From the human T2T-CHM13v2.0 reference genome, Homo sapiens: a stretch of DNA of 64,000 nt. The notes under the pieces are model-generated. The model saw nothing but the letters and a program-made list of their open reading frames with translations. It did no database searches and had not been told where the DNA came from. Within the stretch, counting starts at the first letter, position 1; every line of letters starts with the position of its first letter. Made by a program: the position numbers and the translations under genes. This document shows, one piece after another, positions 40,190 to 55,250 of the stretch. The stretch is from the NCBI RefSeq assembly GCF_009914755.1, contig NC_060942.1. One strand, given 5' to 3'.

Positions 40190-42529
40190 TTACATTACCT
40201 GACTTCAAACTATACTACAAGGTTACAGTAACTGAAACATCATGGTACTGGTACAAAAACAGTCACATAGACCAATGTAACAGAATAGAGAACTCAGACA
40301 TAAGACCATACACCTGCAACCATCTGATCTTTGACAAAGCTGACAAAAACAAGCAGTGGGGAAATGATTTCCTATGTAATAAATAGTGCTGGGAGAACTG
40401 ACTAGCCATATGCAGAAAATCGAAACTAAACCCTTCACTTACAACTTATACAAAAATTAACTAAAGATGAATTAAAAACTTAAATGTAAAATCAAAAACT
40501 ATAAAAATCCTAGAAGAAAATCTAGGCAATAACATTCAGAACATAAGCATGAGAAAAGATTTCATGATAAAAATACCAAAAGCAATTGCAACAAGAGCAG
40601 GAATTGACAAATGGGATCTAATTAAACTAAAGACCTTCTGCATGGCAAAGGAAACTATCATCAGAATGAACAACCAACCAACAGAATGGGAGAAAGTTTT
40701 TACAAGTTATTATGTGACAGAGGTCTAATATCCAGAGTCTACAAGGAAGTTAAACAAATTTACAAGAAACAAACAACCGCATTAAAAAGTGGGCAAATGA
40801 CATGAAGAGACACTTCTCAAAAGAAGACATTCTTGTGACCAACAAACATATGAAGAAAAGCTCAACATCACTGAATATTAGAGAAAATGCAACTCGAAAC
40901 CACAATGAGATACCATTTCACAGCACTCTGAATGGCAATTATTAAAAAGTCCAGAAACAACAGTTGCTGTTGAAGTTGCAGAGAAAAAGGAATACTTTTA
41001 TACTGTTGGTGGGACTCTAAATTAGTTCAACCATTGTGGAAGACAGTGTGGTAATTCCTCAAAGATCTAGAAGCAGAAATATTATTTGACCCAGCCATCC
41101 CATTGAGTATATACCCAAAGGAACATAAATCATTCTTTTATAAAGATACATACGTGCATATGTTCATTGCAGCACTATTCACAATAGCAAAGACATGGAG
41201 TCAACCCAAATGCCCATCAATGATAGACTGGATAAAGGAAATGTGGTACATATACACCATGGAATACTATGCAGCTGTAAAAAGGAATGAGATCATGACC
41301 TTTGCAGGGACATGGATGGAGCTGGAAGCATTTCGAGTTGCATTTCTCTAATAATTATCCTCAGCAAACACAGGAACAGAGAACCAAACACTGCATGTTC
41401 TCACTTATATGTGGCAGCTGAATGATGAGAACACATGGACATGGGGGTGTAACAATACACACTGAGGCCTGTTGGGTGTGGGGTAGCAGGAGGGAGAACA
41501 TCAGGAACAATAGCTAATGGATGCTGGGCTTAATATCATGGTGATAGTTTGATCCATGCAGCAAACCACTGTGGCACACATTTAGTATGTAACAAACCTA
41601 CACATCCTGCACGTGTACCCCAGAACTTAAAATAAAAGTTGAAGGGGAAAAAAGGAAACAAAATTAATAAAATGCACAACTATTAGAATGGCTAAATCCA
41701 AAACACTAGCATCAATTGCTGGTGAGGATGTGAAGCAACAGGAATGCTCATTCATTGCTGCTGGGAATGTAAACATGGCACTGTTACATTGTAAGACAGT
41801 TTGGTTGTTTCTTGCAAAGCTAAACATGGTCTTATTATACGATCCAGCAATCATGCTCCTAAGCATTTACCCAAATGTGTTAAAAATTTATGCTTACACA
41901 AAAACCTCTACACAGATAGTTATAGCAATTTTACTCATAATTGCCAAAATTTGGAAGCAACTTCAAAAGTGAATGGATAAATAAACTGTGGTCTATCCAG
42001 ATAATGAAATATTATTTAGTTCTAAAAATAAATGAGCTATCAAGCTGAAAGGACATGGAGTAAACTTAAATGCATATTACTAAGTGAAAGAAGCCAATCT
42101 GAAAAGGCTACATATTGTATAATTGCATCTATGACATTCTGGTAAAGGCAAACTATGAAGACAATAAAAAGATCAGTGGTTGCTGGTGGGTAGAGAGTAG
42201 GGGAGGATAAATAGCAGAACACAGAGGATTTTTAGGACAGTGAAATTATTCTTTATGATAATACAATCATAGGCACATTTGTCAAACCCATATATTGTAC
42301 AACACCAAGAGTGAAGCTTCAAGTAGACTATGAATTCTGGGTGATAATGATGTGTCAATGTAGGTTTACCAGTTGTAATAAATGTACCACTCTGGTGTGA
42401 AATATCAATCGTGGAGCAGGCTGTGAGTGTGTGGGAATAGGGGATATAAGAAATCTCTCTATATTTCCTATGTAATTTTGCTGTGATGCTAAAAACTGCT
42501 CTAAAAATTATTTATTAATTAAAAGATGA

Positions 42530-45500
42530 TGATAGACATGACTCTTAAGTAACATCTATAAGTGTAAATAAATTGAACACAATTGATAAAAATGACACAC
42601 AAATTAGATAAATAACAAGATTTGGCAATTTATGTCCCCCAAGAGGACTATTTAAAAGAAAATTTACAGAATTTAGAAAAGAAAGGCTGAAAATATAAAG
42701 ATGAACCAAATAAAATAACTAAGGTAGAAATTTCAGTACCAAGCAAAATAGAATTTAAAATGACAGAATCATTATATAAGAGAGGACTAATGTATACTGA
42801 AAAAAAAAATTATTGAGAGGGTATGTTGCCAATGAAAATATATCATTTCATATAGCTTTATATGTTAAAACAATAACTTATAGGACAATGCAAAATAAGA
42901 AAAATTATCAACAACTATAATTAGACATTTTTATATACTCCTACTAACAAGTGAATAGATCAAGCAATATAAACTAAGAAAAAATTATTAGAAAGGTAAA
43001 AAATCTAAATTGATAAGTTTGACTATCAACTTTTCACACAACAAACACAGAGTGCATATGAGCCTACACAAAGCATTCCCAAAATAGACTATATACTAGG
43101 CTAAAAAAGAAGGGTTCAATAAGGCTACAATGTGCACAATATTTATGTCCTGCAGCAAAAGTTCAACAGGAAGTAAAAGTTAATTTAAAAATCGTAAAAT
43201 AAATAATTAAATGTGATGTCTGAAAATAAGAAATAACAGCCTTACATTTTTAACTAAAAAACATTTCCTAGTTACAAGAGATATTTAGCACTTAAGGACA
43301 ATCAAAGCACTAACTGTTAAATTTGGGATGATATATTTAAGTCACTAGTTACAGAGGATTTTGTAATTCTGTGTATATTTATCTACAAGAATACAAAAGA
43401 TACTGAAAATAAATGAGCAAGAATGGTGCAAATCAAAAAAGTAAATCTAAGAAAGGGAGAAGAAAGTAGTAAAAATAAGGGCAAGAATGTGCAGAGAATG
43501 ACAACAAATGTAGAGATGATCAAAAACAAAGCTGATTTATTGCAAAGATGCATGTATTAGTCCATTCTCATGCTGCTATGAAGAAATACCTGAGACTGCG
43601 TATCTTGAAGGAGCAAACATGTCCTTCTTCACATAACAGCAGGAGAGAGAAGAATGAGAGTGAAGGTGGGGAAAGCCCCTTATAAAACCAGCAGAACTTG
43701 TGAAAGATCACTCACTATCATGACAACATCATGAGGGTAACCAGCCCAATGATTCAATTACCTCCCACCGGGTTCCTCCCACTACACATGGGATTATGGG
43801 AACTATAATTCAAGATGAGATTTTGTTGGGGAAACAGCCAAAGCATATCATTCCCCCCCTGGCTCCCCCCAAATCTCATATCTTCACATTTCAAAACACA
43901 ATCATGCCTTTCCAACAGTCCCCCAAAGTCTTAGCTCATTCTAGCATTAACCCAAAAGTCCAAGTCCAAAGTCTCATTTGAGACAAGGCAATTTATTTCC
44001 ACCTATGAGCCTGTAAAATCAATAGCAAGTTAGTTACTTCCTCCATACAATGAGGGTACAGGCATTGGGTAAATACAGCTATTTTAAATGTGAGAAATTG
44101 ACCAAAACAAAGGAGCTACAGGCTCCATGCAAGTTTGAAATCCAGCGGGGCAGTCAAATATTAAAGTTCTGAAATGATCTCCTTTGACTCCATGTCTCAC
44201 ATATCCAGGTCACACTGATGCAAGAGGTGGGCTCCCATAGCCATGGGAAGCTCTGCCCCTGTGGCTTTGCAGGAGACAGCCCAGCCACTGACTGCTTTCA
44301 TAGGCTGGTGTTATGTGCAGCTTTTCCAGGCACACAGTGCAAGCTGTTGGTGGATCCACCATTCTGGAGTCTGGAGGCAGTGGCTCTCTTATCACAGCTC
44401 CACTAGGCAGTGCCCCAGTGTGGACTCTGTGTGGGGGCTCTGACCCCACATTTCTTTTTGGCACTGCCCTAGCAGAGGTTCTCCATGAGTGCTCTACCCC
44501 TGCAGCAAACTTCTGCCTGGACATCCGGGTGTTTCCATACATCCTCTGAAACCTAGACGAAGGTTCCCAAGTCTCAATTCTTGACTTCTGCTCACCTGCA
44601 GGCCCAACATCACATGTAAGATGCCAAGGCTTGGGGCTTGCACACTCTGAGGCAACTGATTGAAATATATGTTGGCCCCTTTTAGCCAGGGCTGGAGCCA
44701 AAGCAACTGGGGCGCAGGGCACCAAGTCCCTAGGCTGCATAGAGCCAGAGGGCTCTGGTCCCAGCCCATGAAACCATTTTTCCCTTCTAAGCCTCTGGCT
44801 GGTGAGGAAAGAGGCTGCTGTGAAGGTCGCTGACATGCCCTGGAGACATTTTCCCCATTGTCTTGGTGATTAACATTCAGTTACTCATTATTTATGCAAA
44901 TTTCTGCAGCCAGAGTGAATTTCTCCCCAGAAAATAGGATTTTCTTTTCTATTATATTGTCAGGCTGCAAATTTTCCAAATTGATGCTTTACTTCCTCTT
45001 GAATGCTTTGTTGCTTAGAAATTTCTTTTGCCAGATACTCTAAGTCATCTTCCTCACATTCAAATTTCCACAAATCTCTAGTGCAGGGGCAAAATGCCAC
45101 CAGTCTCTTTGCATAGCAAGAGTCACCTTTACTCCAGTTCCCAACAAGTTTCTCAACTCCATCTGAGACCACCTCAGCCTAGACTTCATTGTCCATATCA
45201 CCACCAGCATTTTGGTCAAAGCCATTCAACAGGTGTCTAGGAAGTTCCAAACTTTCCCACATCTTCCTGTCTCCTGAGCCCTTTAAGTCTCTAGGAAGTT
45301 CCAAACTTTCCCATATTTTTTTGTCTTCTTCTGAGCCTTCCAAACTGTTCCAACCTCCACCTGTTACCCAGTTCAAAAGTCACTTTTACATTTTGGGGTA
45401 TCTTTACAGCAGCACCACACTGTCTGTGGTAGCAATTTACTGTATTAGTCCATTCTCATGCTGCTATGAAAAAATACCTGAGACTGGGTAATGTCTAAAG

Positions 45501-46030
45501 GAAAGAGGTTTAATTGCCTCACAGTTCTGCATGTCTGGGGAGGCCTCAGGAAACTTACAATCATGGCAGAAGGGGAAGCAAACACATTCTTCTTCACCTG
45601 GCACAGGAGAGAGAAGAATGAGAGTGAAGCAAGGGGAAAGTCCCTTACAAAACCATCAAATCTCATGAGAACCCAATCACTATCACAAGAATAGCATGAG
45701 GGAAACTGCCCTTATGATTCAATTACCTCCCCCTGGGTCCCTCCCATCACACATGGGGATTATGGAAATTATAATTCAACATAAGATTTTGGTAGGGACA
45801 CAGCCAAACCTATCAATACACAATCTAGATATATATATATATTGAAAAATAGATAATAAAAATCAAATAGCAAATCAAATAGACAAAACAATTTATACTC
45901 ATTAGGGGTAGAAACTAGAAACAAAGCAGACAAGAGTTTTCATAAGGTATTCTTATGAACATATCAATCTGGATGAATTCTAGAAAAAATAAACTTGTTT
46001 TTTATCAAGAGAAATAAGAAATCAAAATTT
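42530..46030 (+). mobile_element. Very old L1 ORF2 endonuclease-region relic, interrupted by THE1
   Basis: tataagtgtaaataaattgaac, caagcaaaatagaatttaaa, aaaatagactatatactaggc; resumes after 45820. Confidence 0.6.
43553..45815 (-). mobile_element. Full-length THE1 MaLR (THE1C/D-like): LTR 43553-43850, internal region, LTR 45441-45815
   Basis: Both LTRs read tgtattagtcc...tatca on +; ~1.6-kb internal region with ORF relic 44210-44836; 5-bp TSD atgca/ataca. Confidence 0.93.
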
Positions 46031-46219
46031 CCCTAATGTACAAATTTTATGCTCTGACTCAAGAAAAATTATTCTTGGACACATCAATTCCAAGATGAGG
46101 CTTCAGAATTTACTTGTGTACTTTTATATGCAAAATATGTTTTGATTTTCATAAGAGAAATGGGGAAAATTAAATTGTATTATTTAAAATGAGGGTTGAG
46201 CCACTTGGACTCATTTTAC

Positions 46220-46340
46220 CATGTGTTTCCTGAAGGTTGGGACCATAATTTGTACATCTTTGTGGCCCTAGTGTCTAGCTTAGTAAAATCTGGCACACAG
46301 GGATGCTAAAGAGATAGTTATTAAATAAATAAATGAATGC
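46220..46340 (+). mobile_element. L2 3' end
   Basis: tcctgaaggttgggacc..ccctagtgtctagc..tctggcacac..aaatgaatg. Confidence 0.6.
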
Positions 46341-48868
46341 GGTAAAGTCACATGGATGGATGGATGGATACCTTTTGTAAATATGATTAGGAAAAATGTC
46401 TGCTTTTTACTTAAATATATCTATTAAAATAAGATGTTAATATTCCTATGAGATGAAGTTTTCTACATTTAAGTAAATGAATAGATTATAATCTGTTACA
46501 AGTGTGTGCTGTCAATTTAGGGAATCAGATAGCCTGGTGTTTAGGCATATCCTCCCTCTCCCCCTAGCTGGGCTCTTATTTTATTATTTTCTTCTTCCTT
46601 TCTTAGTTTTGCTTTTTTTGGTTTTCACCATTCTTGCTTACTTATTTTCAGTATTTTTTTGGGTTTTTATAGATAAGTACACAGAAAATTTAAAAAATCC
46701 CCTCTCAGTAGTTCCTTAACTATATCCCCAAACTTTAACATTTAGTACTTTCATTGTCCTTAAGTGCCGAGGACTATGTGTGGATAAGTACTAGCTCTTA
46801 TCCAACCTATAGGTACTGGACTGGCTGTTAGCGATTTTGGATAGGACCTTTGTAGGAAGTTAATACTTGCCGTTCCAGGTTCATAATTGTGAGAGAGATA
46901 GAGACAGAGATCAAGAGAAGATGCATATCAACAGGGAAACATTGGAGATCCTAATGCCATCATTATTACAATCAACTCTCATTGGAGACACAGCTTGGAC
47001 TATTTGGTCAGATGGCTTGCTAATGTAGTTCCTCAAATTACACAGATTTACTCAATGGAATTTGGTATATTTGGGGATCTCTGGGTCTCTCCACAGAAAC
47101 ACGTCTTGCTCCACTGAGCCTCCCACACAGTGAGTAGCAGCATAGGGTAAACCTTTTCTGCAGGTAATTATTCCCAGAAATAATTAGGAGGAAAGAGCTA
47201 AGTTAAATGTATACAGACATTTTTTTTCGGACTTACCACAGAAACTTATGAAACACAGATAGAGTCAGAGGTAGTACCCAATGCCTGATAAAAGTCACTT
47301 CAGAGAGAAATAAAGTCTAGGGGGAAGGAGGTTCACAATTACTAGTGAAATAATATTCGAGGCATTTTGATTTCCTATCATAAATATTAAATTTAAGATT
47401 ATTATATTTTCTACAATGAGGCATTAATCCATATTTCCAGATAAACAACAACTAAAAAATAGAAATAAAGATCAGATTAAATGGTATTCTTAGCTATCCA
47501 GTTCCTTTAGCTTCCAAAAACCAGTCATCTGAAATAGAAACTGTCTATATATGAAAGAAAAACTAATCAGAAAAGTTGTGGATGGCTAGAGAGCAAACGT
47601 ATAATGCATTAATCCAGCAATTAAATTAATTGAGTCCTGAATATGTCAGATTGCTTGCTTTGCCAAAAGCAAGTCTCTGTCTTAATCAGGAACATAATTT
47701 GGTCAGGTGTCTGGGTGAGAATGGGTAATGATTTTATGCAAAGTAAAAGAAATTTAGCAGGATTGGTTCAGGCTCAGATAAAATATGTTTTTTCCTGTCT
47801 ATTGTTAGGTCTTTTTCTTAAAAGAGGTAAAATAATAAAATAAAACAATGGAATTTGCATCTTTCAAAGTACTTTTTTTTACATATTCTATCCTCAGCTA
47901 CTTACATAACATAAATAGAGTGGTTTTTATTTTCAGCATTGTATAAAGATTTTGAACTAATAAAAACCTAGCTGAGATGTGGCCTTTGGGGAAATTCACT
48001 TCACTTTAGCTTCCCGAACTCTTAAATTAAATTAAACATAGCTACCATTATGTAACTGACATGAGAATTCAAACAGATTTAAAAACATTGCAGCTATTCT
48101 TAGTATGAAAATTGCTCTGCAATGGAGCAAGATACTATGGTATGATATAAACAAAGTCTGGACTAGGAGCCAAAGTCCCAAGTTTACACCCTAGTTCTTT
48201 TCCTTTCTGAAGATGTCTCTTTAGGAAATTAACTTAATTTGCCTGGCCACGTGCATAATCATACAATGCATTTGATTACTTAGATAACAGTGGCAGAAAA
48301 AAAATGTCTTTCATTATGGTATTCTACGGTTATAAGCTAAAACAATATTCACTACAGTCTAAAACATCTTATTTTCATTTTTTTGGCATTTTCTTAAAAT
48401 CATGGTGCTTCCTTTATGATTGTTTGTTGTTCTTAATCTATTTTTTCATTGTATGTCATATTTGTCCAGAGTAGAATTCTAGAATTTTGTGAAGGAAGAT
48501 CTCATCTTCCAAGGAGTGAAAATTATGGTGGGCACTTGAAGACTTCACAAAGAGCAAAAGTAAGAATTAGTTAAAACTGGCCCCTTGGAAGTTCCCAACA
48601 GAATGTATTTGGATAAAATAAAATTTATTCATTCATCATATGTAGAATGGATCCTAACTTGAAAACCCTTCAGCCACACAAATTGAGGAAAAATAGTTTG
48701 GTGGTTCAGGAAACTGGGTTAAGAAATTTGTTTAACAAGACTGTATTTCAAATTCTGGATCTAGAGGTAGAGAATTCACCATCTGCACAATATCTAATTA
48801 AAATGAACAAAACTTGTGCAAGTATTCTGACTGCAAATGATGTTTAAGTAGAGTTGTGTCTGAGGAGT

Positions 48869-49225
48869 TGTATTAGTCTGTTTTCATGCTGCTGATAAAG
48901 ACATATCCAAGACTGGGAAGAAAAAGAGGTTTAATGGACTTACAGTTCCACATGGCTGGGGAGGCCTCACAATTACAGTGGAAGGCAAGGAGGAGCAAGT
49001 CACATTTTACATGGATGGTGACAGCCGAGAGAGAGCTTGTGCAGTGAAACTCCCAGTTTTAAAACCATCAGATTTCCTGAGATGTATTCACTATTATGAG
49101 AACAGCACAGGAAAGATGTACCCACTTGATTCAATTATCTCCCACTTGGTCCCTCTCACAATATGTGGGAATCATGGGAGCTACAAGATGAGATTTGGGT
49201 AGGGACACAGAGCCAAACCACATCA
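48869..49225 (-). mobile_element. THE1B-like solo LTR
   Basis: tgtattagtctgttttcatgctgctgataaagac...ccaaaccacatca; perfect 5-bp TSD GGAGT. Confidence 0.93.
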
Positions 49226-50321
49226 GGAGTCAACCAGAATTTATCCATGCATACCTACCTCACTTGTAGGCAACCTCAGCAATAAAAATATAAACCAGGA
49301 TCATAGAACTATAACACAAAATTCTCTGATAATGCAAATATCTACGACCTAAAATGTATGGACTAATACCTTTACATCTGGAGAGCACTTTTTGGAAAGC
49401 TTTTACTTAAGGCCTACACTCTGTATTTTAAATCCAAAATTACCAAATGTGGTTATCTCAAATTCAAGATTAGAAATGGAGTCACTAAACAACAGTGCAA
49501 AGGAACTGCGAAAACCAGGTATACCGATTAGTTGCCATAAAATAACCAAGAAAGAGAGAGAAGAAAGAGTTTGGATTAAGTATATGAGTTATAAAAGCAT
49601 AACAGTCTGTGGCCATTTGTGTAAAGCTAATCAGCCTCTGTCTCAGTGTTAGTCTCAGAGATAATCTTTGTAATAAATATGGACCTGAATAATCATCGAA
49701 TTTTAAATTATGATTATTATACCCTGTCCCAAAGTCCCTTAAAGAATCTATATGAAATTTCAAACTCTACTTAAATTTTTGTAATGTAGAACCTAAAAAC
49801 AAATAATACCTTTTACGGGAAGAGGTTTCCCTTAAGTGAAATGCTTCATTTCAATGTAAGTTCAGAGAAGTAAGCCATTATTTCACTCTAGACTTGACTA
49901 AACATCAGGCTTTTCAATTCTACAAAATTAACCATCAGAATTTTAAATGCATTGAATTCCATGTTGCCTTAAGACAAATAAACATTTGCTTTCCTTGTCT
50001 GATTAATTGTCTGTCTTCACCACAAGCAGGATGGCAATTTTTGTCTCCATTGTTTGCTGTTATATCCACAAGACCTAGATTTATAAATTCATGCTGGCAC
50101 ATAGTAAGTGTATAATATTTTTTTCTTTTGGTTTCTCATTCCTGAACATTAAAAGAGCATAAAAGACAGATCTTGTGATATCTATCTGCTAACATTTTAT
50201 CAACCCCACAACATCTCTATTTAAGCCTCTGTTTTTAACTCACTCATAGCAAACTTCTTCAATTAGCAGTTCATTTCATTAAAAAATTAATAAAATATTA
50301 AATAACTAATGACTAATGATA

Positions 50322-50508
50322 TAAATAGAACAAATAGTAATACAACTAATTCTGATGGGTTTTCTAAAATGTTAAATAAAATCAAATATTTCTCTGTATA
50401 TATATATGGTAACTTTGTTTAAATTTAAATAGAACAAATAGTAATACAAATAATTCTGATGGATTTTCTAAAATGTTAAATAAAATCAATTATTTCTCTC
50501 TCTCTCTG

Positions 50509-50541
<33 letters not shown>

Positions 50542-50561
50542 GGTAACTTTGTTTAAATTTA
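50322..50561 (+). repeat. Tandem duplication of a 104-bp unit; second copy carries an expanded (CT)n(TA)n
   Basis: taaatagaacaaatagtaataca starts at both 50322 and 50426; both units end ggtaactttgtttaaattt. Confidence 0.95.
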
Positions 50562-50954
50562 TTTTTTTCTTTGACCTGTTTTGTCTTTCTTCCCCCTTAA
50601 CATTTAAAAAAATTAACCAACTTTTCTCACTCTATAGCTAAATAAAACAATAAAGTAATAGATTGATAGATATGATTTTAAACCTACTGACTGTACATGA
50701 GTTTCTTTATACAAAACACATGTGCATACAAACACTCCATATGAGTTATATATAATAATTTTGTGCTACTTTATAAGAAACAAAAAAGGTGCAATAGTTA
50801 ATGAATTTGTGTTGTTTATCACAAAGTTTATGGTAATTTTTATTAGAAACAATAGGAAACTAATACAGAAATGTTGTGGAAATTAAGTAAGATAACTGAT
50901 AGATAACTTGGCATATAATAGAGAATTAATAAGTAACAATTAGTATTTTAACTA

Positions 50955-51497
50955 TGCTTTATTTTCTTTGGCTACTAGAACATTTTTAAATCAGCTGCAT
51001 TTTTTTTTTTTTGACTACAGTTCTGTAGGATAGAAGTCTGACGTGGATATCACTAAAGTAAAATCAAGATGTTGTCAGGGCTACATTCCTTCTGGAAGCT
51101 CTAACGGCAACTCTGTTTTCCTGTGCTTGCCAGTTTCTACAAGTCACCCACAATTCTTGGCTTGTGGTCCCCTTCCTCCATCTTCAAAATTTGCAACTTT
51201 GCATTTCTTGGACCATTTTTCTGCAGTTCATTTCTTTCTGACTCTCTCATGCTGCCTTCTTATGAATCATTATGAAAACAAATCTTTCTTTGCAAGTTCA
51301 TTTTGCTCTAGGACCCTTGTGACTACATTGGGCCCAACTGTAAAATTGAGGCTACTCCCCTCATTTTAGGGTCAGGTGATTAGCAAACTTAATCCAATTT
51401 GCCACCTTATAATTCATCTTTGCCATGTAACCTAACATACAGGTTCTGGGAGAATAGGACATGGATATCTTTGAGGGTCATTATTTCACCTACCACA
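50955..51497 (-). mobile_element. MLT1 (D/E-like) solo LTR
   Basis: cagttctgtagg..agaagtctga, ttccttctggaagctct, ggacatggatatctttg...taccaca. Confidence 0.8.
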
Positions 51498-54189
51498 ACC
51501 CCTCTGAGGTGTGTTCAATTATCCCAATTTGCAGTGAGACTATATTTTAGCATATTGCTTCAGGATAAGGCACTAGGTATTTAGTTTCTTGGTGTGCTTA
51601 TGATTGAGCGTTGTGCACGTTGAAAGTATACCATAAATATTAACACACAAAAGGTAGTTGCACAATAGTTGTTTAAAATATCAAAAACAAAAGTACACGT
51701 CAGTTCACATTTTGGCTGTAACAAAAGCCTATTTTACTGTCAGATACTAACACTATTCACTATAATTAAACTACTACTCTTTGAAAAGAGCTACAAGACC
51801 AAAGCAGTAGTCCCATCAGTCTTGGCAGGTATCACGTTCTTACTCAGGAAGTCTGAAGTCCACTCTCACTTATCATCTTAATATTTATCATGGAAAGAAT
51901 ATGAAAGTTAGAATTGAATGGATCTAGGCTTAAAACATCTACCCCTTGCTAGAAAGGCAGCTTTGGACAAGTGATGTATGGTAACCTCATTAATGCAGTG
52001 GAGGTAACAATTCCTTCCTTGTAGCAATTTTGTGACTAATAAGATATTATGGATATAAAGCACCCACCACAAAGATTGACAGGTGGTAATTACCTACCTA
52101 CAGTTTTAACTTCACTTATTAGATGCATCTTAACCGGTATCTTTAATTTGTGGATTTTCTGTTTATTACCCATGTGTCCTAGAAGAAGCCACATTACCAC
52201 TTCGATTTTCAGTTTCTTTATCTGTAAAAAAGACCTTAAAAAAGTTGATCTGTCTTGAGAATTAAATAAAATCCTGAGTGTGAAAGAACTTGTAAACTGT
52301 TAAAAGCCAGAATTAATAAGTTATTTTGGCACAATTTACTGGTTTAAAGTTCAGGAATTCTTAAATTTTAAATGGTTATCAGTGTTCCATATATCAGAAT
52401 ACCAAGGGTCAATAAGCTGTCTTATTTTCAATTCTGACATTGCAGAACTATTAAAGCAAAACCCAAGAAACATTTCTGAGCCAAAATTCAGAAGTTTTTC
52501 CCCAGACTTCTAACACCAATTGTCCTCCTATGTAATACACTCTAACAAAAAAAAATTCTAGGAACTGTTCTCCAAGCACATGTCTGCAATTTTAAACAGA
52601 CTCACGCTGCCATCTGCTCCTTCTGATAAGAGACTCGTCTGTCTGCTAAGAAGGTAGGGAAAAGGCTCACTAAGAAAGAATAATGCAACTCTGCAACCTC
52701 TACAGCCTCGCTGGGTGGCTCATGGACCTGCACCAACTAATTAGGGTTCAAACCAACATTTTTAGGATGTATTTGGATGGGATTTGAATTCAGTGTGACT
52801 GCACTCTAAACAGCACTACATTCAGCTACTGGTGTAATTTGGACAATGAGCCCAGCATCTGCTACCTTTCAGCAGCAAGGCATAATGAGAGAAGTGTGAT
52901 TAAGGGAATTCACCTATCTCAATGGTTTTTATGATTTTAGAAAGCTGAAATGAGAGTTGTTCTCACATAGACAAGGGAATATGTGTATGTATGTTTGTGT
53001 GTATGATGAAAGAATAATTATAACTGTGTAGCTTTCTCATATTAAGAAATACTCTAAATGTATTTGAAAAAATCCAAATATAAAGTCTTATTCAACTTAA
53101 AAAATCTAGCAGGACTTTAATTATTAACAAGGCTATTAAACTGTGTAACCTATACAATTTATATTATGTCAACAGTGGTTTCATTGTTAGAAAGCAAATT
53201 GAAGATATTTATCCACATATATATGCCTATATATGCACAGAAAATTCCTGGGGGTATATGCATAAAAATGTTATTAACACATACCTCTGGAAATTGGAAT
53301 TGAAATTTTGGTTGTTCAGAAAGATTGGATAGGAGAAATTTTAACTTTCACTTTTTACAAATTACCTTCCTGTACACTGATTATTTTAAAATCCTGAAAC
53401 TATATTACTTTATACAATTAAAGAACACTCACATAATCAACAAAAGAGAATTAGAGATTAAATTCTAATTTGATTTAATCAATCTAATTTTAAAGTAATT
53501 TTGAAGTTGGAATCAGGAAACCAAACTACTTCTCTGTCTTCTATTGACAGTACTACAATTGATATTGAGTTAGTTCAACTAAATAATCTTCCTTTCTCAT
53601 CAATGAAAGTGGAACAATATAATCAGATCTAGTCCACTTTTCAGAAATGTGTTATAGCTCAAATTAAATTAACTATGGTATACTGTATTATGAGTGTTAT
53701 TAAACCAATAAACTGTGGTCATAAATCTAGCTCCCAAGTGACTGAGGCAATTTTGTATATATCCAGATGAAATTTTCTACTTGCCTGAATAATTCAAATA
53801 ATGCTAGCAACTAAACCAGCTATTAAAAATAATCATTTTAAATGAATGAGATATGCTGACAATATTTATACTTTATAATAATTATTTCATAAGATTTTAG
53901 GACAAAACATACCTGATGCTTGATATTACTATTATTCAAAATTTCACATTTGACATTTATTCACTTGGCACTTTTTTAACTCATTGGAAAAGACTAACAA
54001 AGAGAAAGGATAAGAATACACACTAGGCCCTTGACTTTTATCCATATTTTACTCTGTTTTTTTTCCCTTAGGAGAAAAAAATCCTAATTCTTAATTTGTC
54101 TTTGTGAAAGTGTTCCAACATGGCCTTCCAGATTAATGGGAAAGTGGTCTATAAACTTCAGAGTTTCAGAGAAGGATACAGTTTCCCAT

Positions 54190-54857
<668 letters not shown>

Positions 54858-55187
54858 TCCATTTTGTCCTTTTCTTCCCTTTTAGTTTTATTCTCCAGCT
54901 AATTTTCAGCTTATCATGGGAATAAAAAAGAGCACAAATGAATGAATGAATAAATCAAAGAATCCACCAATCCTGATGGCTTTGGCTTCATGGCTTCAGC
55001 TACAGGGAAAAAAAGAAAAGAGATATTTATTTATTTCAAGGTAGAGAAAGATACGGAGTAAATGTGGCTAACAGAGACAATTCTCATGAATTTTGTAGGG
55101 TCTATGATCACCTGAGGCTTTGTGAAAGCTTAAATCCTATTCATCGTATAATAAGTATGCTTCTGCTGAAGCAAGTGGTAGATGTAC

Positions 55188-55192
55188 ATACA

Positions 55193-55230
<38 letters not shown>

Positions 55231-55250
55231 CACACACACATGCATACACA
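55188..55250. repeat. Interrupted (CA)n microsatellite
   Basis: Direct reading. Confidence 0.9.

Noticed and set aside
44210-44836. 208-aa ORF, the longest in the window
   Set aside because: Lies in the THE1 internal region, where such relic ORFs are common.
45236-45345. Tandem repeat tctaggaagttccaaactttccca in THE1-int
   Set aside because: I recall this duplication in other THE1 internal sequences, so it is probably inherited rather than locus-specific.
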